Assembly (NCBI GenBank): GCA_963713605.1
Contig: CAVQMO010000001.1
Span: 96,001 to 160,000 of the forward strand
Reading direction: 5' to 3'
DNA length: 64,000 nt
From: an uncultured Nitrososphaerales archaeon
Lineage (GTDB): Archaea > Thermoproteota > Nitrososphaeria > Nitrososphaerales > Nitrososphaeraceae
Part shown: piece by piece, positions 44,715-55,158 of the stretch
How positions within the stretch are numbered: the first letter of the stretch is position 1
How the letters are laid out: the number at the start of each line of letters is the position of its first letter
Notes under the pieces: generated by a model
Seen by the model: only the letters and a program-made list of their open reading frames with translations
Told to the model about the DNA's origin: nothing
The model's database searches: none
Made by a program: the position numbers and the translations under genes

Positions 44715-47305
44715 TTACTTCTTGATTACAGCAAGTACATCTTTTGAGGATGATTTTTGAACTTCATCCCTGATGACTTTAGAAAGATTCTCTGATGATG
44801 TGAGATTCGAAAAATCAATTAGACGAATATCATCCAAAAGGTGTACCTGTGGTGGAAGATCCCAGTGCTTGTCTTTTGTATTTTTGCTGTATCGGAACCT
44901 TTCATTTTTATCATCATTATATCCCTCTCTGTGATCAATTGAGCTTCCTAGCAAAGCAAGCAAGTCAGTCAAGACTTCCTGTTTGGTACCTTTGATAATG
45001 TTTACACCTGCTAAGGAAAGTCTTACCCGTCCAAACTTATCGAGAATCAATATAGAAATTCGCATTTTCTGAGAACGAGGGATAAACCCAAATAAATTCT
45101 TGACTTTTTTTTCACATTCAAATATGTGGTAATTCTTCAAATTAAAATCAACTCGTTTTACGGTCACATTCCTATTCGCTTCCATTATGTCGTCACCCGG
45201 GGCTTTTGAATTCGGGCTCGTCGCTGTCCCAAATAAATTCTTAGCGATGTCTTCAGCTTCATGTATGCTAATTTCCCTAGAATTCGATGTGCCTATGTCT
45301 AGGCTCATGTTACCTGTTGCGGTTACTCGCAGGAGAGATCGATCGCTAACATATTCTGATTGTACGGTAATAGACTCCGGTAGAGCGCCTTTAGCTAATG
45401 CTAAATCTTTCACTTCATCCATCATCATTGAGACCTCATCCGGTTTGGGATTCACATCAACTGTTTTCTCAAGTTCTTCATGAATCATAGCTGCCAGCTA
45501 CACCGATTGAAGATATAACCTCCGCATGTTGTGCTTTTTTATAATTCATATTAAGTGTCTTGGCTAGATGAGGAACAAGCACTGATGCGCCTCCGCCTCC
45601 TCCTACTAATATAAAATTACTGTTAGTAGTATTCCATTCTTTATTTCCAAAGCGGTTTTTATTCCCTGTCCTATTCAGTAAAAACCCTCTTGGTCTATTG
45701 TAGGTTAAATTGTATTCCTTCAACATAGGATTCATGATTTGCAAAACCTTGTCGGTCGCGATATCAAGTATCTGGTTGGCAGCTTTTTCCATCGAAGTAC
45801 CTATTTCTCTGGCAAGAATTGATAAGGCGATCTTAGCAGATTCGGAATTGCCTTTGGCATAATCGTCATCAGAGATCAAACCAAGCGCATTAGCGGCACA
45901 TGTAGTAGTTATGGCAAATAGCCTTTCTCTCAAATCCCCGTCTTTTTCTGATCCACTTCTGCCTCTAATTACAGCGTATACCATGCTTTGATCTTCGACA
46001 TTACTGTTGGACTCATTTACACTAGTTGAATGTTTGAGAACAGAGCCATCTTCTATCTCCGGCCGAAATTGTATTATCGTTCCTCCATCGAGCTGGGAAG
46101 GCTCTGCAAAACAGGAATACTCCAAGCCAGCTATGTGCGCGGATCGAGGACCCACATCTACTATTTTTCGCTTATCTTTTGACAACATCACTATAGAACC
46201 TCCAGCGACATTCACAACTCTTACATCCAATGATCTAATACATGTTGGATGTTGAACTATGGTTGCGTAGTTGACTTTGGGTTTACCATCTTTTATTACG
46301 CACACATTTGTCGAAGTCCCTCCAACCTCTACAAAAACCCCATTTAGTACCCTTAAGTGAAGAAGAGCCCCCGCTACACTTGCAGCAGGGCCTGAAAGAA
46401 CAGTTATAATGGGTTTTATCTCAAACGCACTGATATCTGTAACTCCTCCATCACCTTTCATTACCTTTATTGGTATATTCTTGGGAATTCCCAGCTTTTC
46501 TCTTACGGCATATTCAACAAACCTTGCTGTACTGGCAGCTTTGGGTAGTATACTTGCATTAATCACTGCAGTCATAGTTCGGATCTCAAGACCGTAAATC
46601 CCGGTCAGATCATGTGCTGCAATTATTGGAACCTTCTTTTTGTCACTTCCCGTATTACTTGACCTTGCAATATTTTCTACGAAATCTTCGTTACTGGGAT
46701 CGTCTACACCATATGCTTCGCTGATTACAAGTACCTCAGCTCCTTCGCGCACTAATTCGCAAATTGAAGATCTCACACTTTCTTCGCTCAAATAGGAGGA
46801 AGTGTCCAAGTACCTATAACAAGTCTTAATAGACTTTTTCCCGTTACCATCGAGTAGTATATCTTTTATATGTGTGCGTTTAATGATATTGGACTTCTCT
46901 AAGCTAACACCCATTCCTAAGATTCCCACTTTAGCTGTATCACCTTCGAGCAGGGCATTCACAGCCTGAGTAGTACGTATGAGATATGAGTTCCACTTCA
47001 GAATTTTGTATATGAAATTCATTCATGACATCTGATAGTGTTTGTAAAATGCCTGTTGAAACACCTTGATCTGATTTGTGGGTGGTAGGAAGAGTAGACT
47101 GTCCTAGAATACTCCCTGTGGCCATATCGATTGCAACTGCTTTGGTGAACGTGCCCCCGACATCGATACCAACTCTTATCCGCCTTTTCTTAGAATCTGG
47201 ATTGGTCCGATAATTGGCATGAGGAGAAATGTCGGCATTCTGGCTATGATCATCAGATTCTGCAATCTTATTTTGGTTCAGATATTCACGTTGTTCGCCA
47301 GACAT
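44715..47305 (-). CDS. Hydantoinase/oxoprolinase family ATP-dependent enzyme (two frameshifts)
   Basis: RVGIDVGGTFTKAV, TTQAVNALLEG, LSGPAASVAGA, EVGGTSTN, GGGGGA. Confidence 0.85.
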
Positions 47306-47323
47306 CCCTTATATACTCTCGAA

Positions 47324-47337
47324 TTAGTGTCACCTAA
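47324..47337. promoter_or_regulatory. TTAG-N6-CTAA operator of the hydantoinase-like gene
   Basis: TTAGTGTCACCTAA between minus-strand TTTAAATAAA (47362-47353) and ATG at 47305. Confidence 0.7.
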
Positions 47338-47625
47338 TTATCAGGATTTACCTTTATTTAAACCAATGATTGAGAACCGGAATATCATTCTTTAGGGTGT
47401 TGCATAATCTGAATAAACTAACAATTTATCCTTTCTAACTCGCGGCGGGCTATCAATTAGGGAAGGCCAATTTCTTTGCTATCCTAATGATGCTGAGGGT
47501 CTAGTTCTGCTACAATAGGCTCCAGTGGTATCCAATAATTGACAACACTTTATCACGAATGAAAATGTGAAATTATGGCCAGTGAAATGTTCCGACCTAG
47601 AAAAGATTGTTAGATAAAACATTGC

Positions 47626-47817
47626 ATGAGAACGCCTTATACCTATATAAGACCCATTGCGCACATAAGACGAACGATATTGAACAAGCCCAACATACGC
47701 AGTGATAGCGAAACGTCTAGAGATAACATGATTTTCATTTGCACCGAATGCAATGCTAGGTGTAGATCTGAAGAATTATTGAAGGAACATACGTATGAGG
47801 AACATGGAAAGCAATAA
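47626..47817 (+). CDS. Small C2H2 zinc-finger protein
   Basis: FICTECNARCRSEELLKEHTYEEH; paralogous to 41726-41839. Confidence 0.65.
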   Translation: MRTPYTYIRPIAHIRRTILNKPNIRSDSETSRDNMIFICTECNARCRSEELLKEHTYEEHGKQ

Positions 47818-48200
47818 TCAACTTTAACAATATAGCTCAAGGATTACAGTATGGATATCTGTCTACTTTTTGCCTTAGCCCGACTAAGTGAGACAACTAA
47901 ACCCATGGTTATTCGAAGGTGCATGAGTTTGGAAAAGTTCTCCTAAAGAGAATCATAAACAAAGATAAGTTAAATGTATTAGCCTCATCCTCTGATAAAG
48001 AGAATTACCCTCACCTAATTAGGTGTGGCTAATACATTTAACAATAACTATTGGAACTTATGGAAACGCTGATAGAAAGTCATATCATGCGGGATTGAGA
48101 ATACCTCCTTCTCGATTGGAATTTGACCACCGCCATCGAATTAAATGACGACATCTATTTCTTTACGTGAACTACGAGTCCATTTTCATTTAGACATGCC
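47700..48200. repeat. Diverged duplicate of the 41.7-42.9 kb module
   Basis: Shared C2H2 coding segment, AAAGAGAATCATAAACAA, operators, CTATTGGAA, ACCTCCTnCTCGATTGGA and HTH 3' end (48155-48200 vs 42825-42870). Confidence 0.8.
48005..48032. promoter_or_regulatory. Tandem operators (one degenerate)
   Basis: TTACCCTCACCTAA and TTAGGTGTGGCTAA. Confidence 0.65.
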
Positions 48201-48414
48201 TGATGTAATTAGGGGGGGACCAAATCTTGGATTGTCCGTTTCGTGGGAAATTGAAATCTAAAATGTAAATAAGATGGATTACGTATCGAAGAAAGGTTTC
48301 CACCGAAGATTTATCTACCTGCTATTTGTTAGTGAAGGTTTCAACACGTATAAATAATTGGAATATGATCCTGCATGAATTATATTCCTTTTCAGCATAA
48401 TCATAGATCCGAGA

Positions 48415-48579
48415 TTGGTCTCAAAGAATAAGCAGAAATTTGTGTCTAAGGAAGAGGAAGAATACCTAAAAAAGATTGCGGAGATATGTGAGAGTGTCAT
48501 TTGTAAGTCTTGTGGCCGTTTTAACATCAGACATTGCAGATTGTGCCGCAACTGTGGGAGCGAGCTCCGACTCGATTAA
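48415..48579 (+). CDS. Small zinc-ribbon protein (54 aa, not in ORF track)
   Basis: TTG start; MVSKNKQKFVSKEEEEYLKKIAEICESVICKSCGRFNIRHCRLCRNCGSELRLD*. Confidence 0.6.
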   Translation: MVSKNKQKFVSKEEEEYLKKIAEICESVICKSCGRFNIRHCRLCRNCGSELRLD

Positions 48580-49050
48580 AAGGGCCAAATTGTTAATTGA
48601 CGAATGATTGCATCACAAAATCCTGACCAGCGGTTCGAAACCTTTCTTCAAAGTATCGAAAGCTAATTCACACAACCCCCAATAAAAGACCGGTTGATAA
48701 ATATTCCTTTAAATGATATCTGTTGACCTAGAACAGATAAAGAATCCGTCAAATATCCTACAGCTCCATAGCCATATCTTGTTTATAATATGGTCTAGCA
48801 AAATCAAGAATATCAATTTTGAAGCTAGTCGACTCTAGTTAATATATGATTTAATTGCAGCGGATCAACTACAGAATTCAATTCAATGACTGCAACTTGA
48901 AGTACAAATACTACCATTCTATCGAACCATATTTGGGCAGATATTATGGGGTCATACTTAGAAATTATAGTATGATTCAGTTTTGTGCGCAAATCTTCTT
49001 GCTAAAAATAATTCAGTTCTCTGAGGGGCCAAAGACCAGTACATAATTAT

Positions 49051-49200
49051 AACATACACGTTACCTGATAGGGGATCTATTGTAAGTCATTCCAGCATTG
49101 AGAACTGTCCATTTTCTTGCCCCTCTTCACCCCATTCGGCAATACATGTCCTATTACTTGTGAATTTTTGTACACGATGGTTACCAGAATCAGTGATGTC
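49051..49200 (-). pseudogene. NHL-repeat gene remnant
   Basis: ITDSGNHRVQKFTSN..EWGEEGQENGQF..*LTIDPLSGNVYV with in-frame stop. Confidence 0.65.
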
Positions 49201-49331
49201 AGACACAGTCGCCTTGGTGAATTACCTTTACATCCGTAGGATTTTTATGCGATCTCAGTTTGGTTGGAATCGTACTAAAGTGTATTTGCTGCTGTATACG
49301 TCCGTATGAATCATCGTAGGCTTCGATTGGC

Positions 49332-49592
49332 TTATGAGTATATACTTAGCTTCTTCCTTCTCCTTTTGCTGCCCATCGGTTTTTTGGAGGAGGTTGGCAT
49401 TACGCGGGCATTGAGGAGAACTGAATTACAGATTGGACAGAAACCTTCGATTGCAGCTTTATGATTGGCAAGTCTTACATAGGAAGATGATCTAATATCT
49501 ACTACAAGTTTACAATTTGTGCAATACGCCCTTCGCATCGGCCTTGGAATCTCCCTGAGTAGTGTTCCAATCCTATTAATATTATCCTTCAT
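49332..49592 (-). CDS. Small basic zinc-ribbon protein (DUF5679-like)
   Basis: RAYCTNCK..LANHKAAIEGFCPICNS, basic tail. Confidence 0.65.
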   Translation of the reverse strand: MKDNINRIGTLLREIPRPMRRAYCTNCKLVVDIRSSSYVRLANHKAAIEGFCPICNSVLLNARVMPTSSKKPMGSKRRRKKLSIYS

Positions 49593-49774
49593 TCAGGGTA
49601 CTATTGATTTTTCCTGGATGGGGGGCATAGAAAGAGCTAGTACTTTGGGGCATTTTGGACGACAAAGTAAACAAGAAAAGAGACCCCTAAATCAATAACA
49701 CCATTGGATACGACTCTTAACTTATGAATCGATACAACCTATCAGAAGAAATAATGATCGTTTGTGTCTTGTTA

Positions 49775-50164
49775 TTAGTGAGCGGCCGAAAAGGAAAATT
49801 TCGTATTAAAAATGTTATTTTTCTCATCCTCTTCTGTTATAGAGCTACCAACTCCTCCGAATAGCGTGGCACGAAATTCATTTGACTCTCCCGTGCTGGT
49901 CACAGTATATTCATGTTTCCATAGATGGTTCGCTTGCAGCTTAATCCACGTTATGGGTAACGGGCTAGGAACGACCTTCACATTATCCCTGTAGAGGACC
50001 CCCATTACTGCTATTTCTCCAGCAGGCTGATTGCTGTCGTTAGCTACAACGTAGCGGATCGTAATACTAGAAGGATGATTTAGTGTTGATCCACTAGAAA
50101 CTGCTTTACCATTGCTCTGATCAATCAATTTGATCCATGCCTGGGTATCAGGAAATTCTGGCAT
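49775..50164 (-). CDS. CARDB/Ig-like beta-sandwich protein
   Basis: ITIRYVVANDSNQPAG..ITEEDEKNN. Confidence 0.6.
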   Translation of the reverse strand: MPEFPDTQAWIKLIDQSNGKAVSSGSTLNHPSSITIRYVVANDSNQPAGEIAVMGVLYRDNVKVVPSPLPITWIKLQANHLWKHEYTVTSTGESNEFRATLFGGVGSSITEEDEKNNIFNTKFSFSAAH

Positions 50165-50703
50165 ATCATGTAGCTAGGATTGAATCTTATAAACCTATAA
50201 CGCTATAGCGTTATATCCTATCCTCCAATGCTGAATCCATGCTAAACGTAATTCTCTATTCGAGGTACGATCCTATTTTTATCACCAAAGGGTTATACCA
50301 CTCATGTTCAGCTCGCACACTTCATGTAAAGACTAAAAGCATCCAATTCTAAGCTTATAGGAAGACCTAGATCAATTTCAAGGCGTCCGTGTACCCAAAA
50401 ATCAACGGTACATCATCTCGAGAGCACCCTCGCATAATATGACTCGGCGATAATATAATTGCTTGTAAGTTATGCTCAATTGGTGAGTACATTATAAAAT
50501 CAGTAGTGCTCTCTCACTCTGAATCCTCAGAATTCAACTTATTTGCCTCCATCCAAAGTTCATTTAATACCGAACTATTTTTCAATTTGTGGGGAGCCAA
50601 AAGGTAATATATGATAATACATTTCAGACTCGCGTAAACAGAGCATGAGTAAGGAGAGGCATGCAGTTAAGGAACACTCAAGACCCAGAACTATGCTTCC
50701 GAT

Positions 50704-50928
50704 CTAGGTCTTGCCCTCTGCTGACTCATGTTGTTTCTTCTCAAGTTCTGTAATTCGCTTCTCCAGATCCTGGACGTTACGGGTTGTCTTTACTTCTAAG
50801 ACTTGTTTCTCTTGTTCTGAGACTCGTTTTTCTAAATCGAAGATCCTATGATTTGTATCTAGGATTTCTTTAGTTAGACTAACAACTAATTGGCCTAGTG
50901 AGTTTATTTCTTCATCGTTCCTAACCAT
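50704..50928 (-). CDS. Small coiled-coil protein
   Basis: Repeated DLEKRVSEQEK / DLEKRITELEK. Confidence 0.6.
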   Translation of the reverse strand: MVRNDEEINSLGQLVVSLTKEILDTNHRIFDLEKRVSEQEKQVLEVKTTRNVQDLEKRITELEKKQHESAEGKT

Positions 50929-51597
50929 ATGAAGTCGGAGGGCTTAGCGAATATTTATCTGTCATCTCGTTTTTCGCATTAGAGAATTGTCTTGCACAAT
51001 CTTCGTCATAGGCACAAAAAATGGATTGTGTACAAATATTTAACAGAGGTAGGACCGTCATTGAAGTAAGTAAATGATCTACCTCCCACATTTTTATTGC
51101 ACCGTGTGTCTAATGCTGATTCCGAGCTTGTAGAATTAGTTTCCCACCAACCTACGATTACGTTATCATCAAAGTCGGTTGAATTGGAGGCGCTTGAATT
51201 TCTCAGATTAACTTTGCGTATGTTTGTCCACCATCTCCTAAAACTCTAAACATAACTTCCGAATTGTTGTTGGCCGGATCAATGATCCCTCCATATGACA
51301 TAGTTATTCAAATAGACCCATTTGCCAAGCCTTGATGAATAACGGCGCGAATATCCAAATACTAAGCTCAAAAGAAGGAAGAAGAACGGCAAGTAATGAA
51401 ATGTTCTCTTGATACGCGCATTGTTGATAATACATCTGATAATCCTGCTTCTAAATTTAGAAGATTCGCTTTTATCAACCTGATCTATATACCATCTCCT
51501 TTCACTAGACCCAACTTGTTGTATTTTTCGGTAGATGATCAATCAGGACAGCCTTTTGATCGATTTCGAACATTACCAATATTATAGATCAGGACCA

Positions 51598-51642
51598 CTC
51601 TTCTAATTCATTCTCTTCTTCTAACTCATTCTCTTCTTCTAA
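51598..51642. repeat. 18-bp tandem repeat (~2.5 copies)
   Basis: TTCTAA(T/C)TCATTCTCTTC; minus strand reads LEEENELEEENELEE in a gene remnant. Confidence 0.7.
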
Positions 51643-51966
51643 ATCCTGACTAACCTCTGGATAATGATCTATATGACTGAAGCCCTGTATGTATTCTAGA
51701 GTTCCTCCTCTTGTAGTCACATAAATAGCGGTGATAGGAGTCCATGCCTTATCCCCTATCGTAAGTGTTCCTTCAGTATAGTGTACTTAGGACCTGATAT
51801 TAGTCATGGTTAACGGTGCGTCAGATAAAGCGCTAACAGCTCTTGAGAAGTAGTGTAAGAAAATGGTATCCATTATCCGTCGTCCCGAAAATAACATATG
51901 TGGTTTATATTAATAATAATATAATAGCTGCCTTTATTTATCTAGTTATTCTATACGCTGTTATTA

Positions 51967-53719
51967 TTGACAGTGGCGAAAGATCATCATACTAATCAAT
52001 TTAAGGGGACTGGAGTGACTTACCGTGAAGAAAAAGTTGTAAAGACAACTTCACAATTATTAACTAATGCAGACAGAGTGGATTCATGCGGTGATTTTAA
52101 AGCTCCTTCCATACTTTTTGAAGCATACAAGGGTTTATCGCCTCAGTTCAAAGAGAGAGAAAAACATATCAAATTAAGATTTCTTACAGATATCAACAGA
52201 GATAATATTATCTATTGTAAAGAAATAATGAAGTTTGCCAAAGAGGTTCGTCACTTAGAGGGCGTTAAGGCAAACTTTTCTATCAGTAAAACGGAGTACA
52301 TTAGTATAATAACTTCAAATGAAGTGGAACAGTCGTCGTCACCGAAACAATCACAGATTCTATTCAGTAACGTCAAGGGAATTATAGAGCAGCAACAATA
52401 TCTCTTTGATAACCTGTGGGACAAGTCCACACCGGCCGAGCAGAAGATCAAAGAATTAGAAGAAGGCGTAGAAGCAGAATTCTTTGAAGTCGTAGACAGT
52501 AAGAAAATAAGTCAAATTCTGGCTGATTTAGCAAAATCAGTAAAGTATGAGATGCTGTTGTTACTTCCTAATGATAGGGCTATGTTGAGAGTGAGCAGAT
52601 TAGGAGTTATCGATAATCTGGTAAAGGCGTCCAAAAATAATGGCGTAACTATAAAGATTATCTGTCCATTATCTGAGGTAAGTTCACCTATTACAAATTG
52701 GATAAGCGATAATGCACCAGATATCCAAATTCTCAATGGCAATGACTCTCAACATGGAATATACATAGCCGATCGTGAAAAGTTTCTCAGGGTAGAGCTT
52801 GTAAAACCAGAAGTTGAGGTCTTTCATGAGGCAATTGGATTTGCTATATATTCCAATAATGAAAGGAGTGCAGACTTGTATAGATGGATGTTTGAACTGC
52901 TTTGGAATGAGAGAATGCTAAATCAAAAGGCAAGCAATACTAATGACATGCAACAGGAGTTTGTTAACATAGCAGCTCATGAATTGAGATCTCCAGCACA
53001 GTCTATAGTCGGGTACACAGAATTACTACTAACTGATCCTAGATATATTGAAATTGATAGGAATGAAGGATTTCTTGAAGCCGTATACAGGAATTCTATT
53101 AGACTAGGCAGACTCACAAAGGACTTTTTGGATGTTTCAAGAATTGAGAATCAAACATTCAAGCTGACATAAACAAAGATTTTGCTTGAATGATATCGTA
53201 CCAATAGTTGTACAAGATACTCAAAGGCAACATGTGCAAAAAAGGAGAATCCTAATCAATGGTAATATAGCAAGAACAATATCAGCATCAAGTAAGATAT
53301 CACGGCCACCACAAGAAGCAGAGCACTGTAACTATGATGATCGTAATATCTGTATTGACGCTGACCGAGAAAGAATAATTCAGGTAATTACCAATTTATT
53401 AGATAATGCTTTCAAATTTACTAAGGAAAACGATACTATATCGATCGTTATCCAGGTACGTGAAAATAAGCATATCAATAATACGAAGGAAGTTATAGTT
53501 AGTGTAAGCGATACGGGTCCGGGTATAGACAATGATATCATACCAAGCCTCTTTACGAAGTTCTGTACCAAGTCATTATCAATAACAAAAAACACCGGGA
53601 CTGGTTTAGGACTGTATATTTCAAAGAGCATTATTGAGGAACATGGTGGAAGGATTTGGGTAGAGAATAATGCTCATGAAAAAGGTGCTACCTTCGCATT
53701 TAGCTTGCCTATTGTATAG
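51967..53719 (+). CDS. Cytoplasmic sensor histidine kinase (frameshift near 53170)
   Basis: H-box EFVNIAAHELRSP; N, G1, G2 boxes NLLDNAFKF, DTGPGI, GTGLGLYISK. Confidence 0.92.
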
Positions 53720-53886
53720 GCGAATAGTAATAAATTTATATTAATAATGCTGTTAAATTTCCCTCTTATTGATTTTATGATGTCATTTTCTTATGATTTG
53801 CTAACAAATTTAAAAATTGATGAAAGCCTAAAATACTCATACACCCACATAGTAATTCTAATTGGAGGTTATTATCACAAGCTAAA

Positions 53887-54495
53887 TTGTTAATTGAGTA
53901 TAGGTCACTGAGGTTATTATTTGAAAGGAAGGAAACGAGAAGACAATTACATATGATAAATCATAGAGAGCCCCCATTCTCTTCTCCTTTTATACCCAAT
54001 CATGAATTTAGCAGATACCTTTCTTTTTTATTGAATTCTAACTCTGAAAATCGACTAAAAGATTATCATCCTGTTACACATACAACAATCCTTAACGACA
54101 AGTCTACTATACCTTCTCCTGTTGCTACGAGCAAAAGAATTTTGATAGTAGATGACGAACAAGACATTGGAAAATTATTTAAAGTAGCACTAGAGCGAGC
54201 CGGGTTTGTCGTAGATGTTTTTAATGATCCTTTAAAATCATTGTCTAGCTATAGGATTGGTGCATATGATTTATTGTTGCTAGATATTAAAATGCCACAG
54301 ATGAGTGGTTTTGAATTATATAATAAGATTAATCAAATTGATGATAAAGTCAAGGTGTGTTTTATGACTGCCTTTGAAGAATATTATGATGAATTCAAGA
54401 AACAATTTCCACATTTGAAAGAAACAGAATGTTTCATTAGAAAACCAATAGGTATGAATGACTTGATTAAAACTGTAAAATCACACTTAAATTAA
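53887..54495 (+). CDS. Response regulator with receiver domain only
   Basis: ILIVDDE, LLDIKMPQMSG, FMTA, FIRKP; true start probably downstream. Confidence 0.9.
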   Translation: MLIEYRSLRLLFERKETRRQLHMINHREPPFSSPFIPNHEFSRYLSFLLNSNSENRLKDYHPVTHTTILNDKSTIPSPVATSKRILIVDDEQDIGKLFKVALERAGFVVDVFNDPLKSLSSYRIGAYDLLLLDIKMPQMSGFELYNKINQIDDKVKVCFMTAFEEYYDEFKKQFPHLKETECFIRKPIGMNDLIKTVKSHLN

Positions 54496-55158
54496 AACTG
54501 AATTACCGATGGGATGCAGAGCAGCTGATATGCTAAATGATGCATTCAATGCAGAGCCTGTACAATAATCTTATTTCTTCCTATCTTTGAGTATGTATTT
54601 ATTCATACCTGGCATACTGATCTATGATTTTCAACACCAATTTAATATAATTCATTGTTCTCCCTAAGAATATCAATGATATCATCAGAATTGTACAAAT
54701 ATTGTATCTTAACTAATTGTCGATCAGTAGATTCTTTTAGTCTGGCGAGAGTTAAAATCAGTTTAGTTGAAGGTGAATAAAGAAGTATGAAAGATATCAA
54801 TGAAATAGATTACTGCGAAAATCCGGATCATGAATCAAAATTAGTACCTAATGTAAACTTCTTATTTTTTCAGGTAATCATTCTCCTGAAGTGGTTCTCC
54901 TTATCACTTTCTACCCCGAGGAGAAGAAATAAATTCGATTATATAATCATCCACTTCTATCTAGGTTTGAAAGAAGATGGTACTACTCATACACCTTATT
55001 CCTTTCAAGATCCTGCATTCCCGCTGCTAAAGCCATAAGTTGATCTATCTAATTTCTTGACTTCAGTTTGAGCTCTAGTTTCGTCCGTTGTTGTTATTTG
55101 TTTCTTAGCATTCTTGGTAACGGTATTACCTCTTGCCATATGGCATACTTATAATGCA

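Noticed and set aside
47426..47470. Additional degenerate boxes (TTAGGGAAGGCCAA at 47457-47470 and similar)
   Set aside because: Mismatched and not clearly positioned at a promoter; not counted
37816..48032. CRISPR array or transposon terminal repeats as explanation for the TTAG..CTAA repeats
   Set aside because: Units are 14 bp with variable cores, irregularly spaced and tied to promoters; no spacers, cas genes or transposase seen
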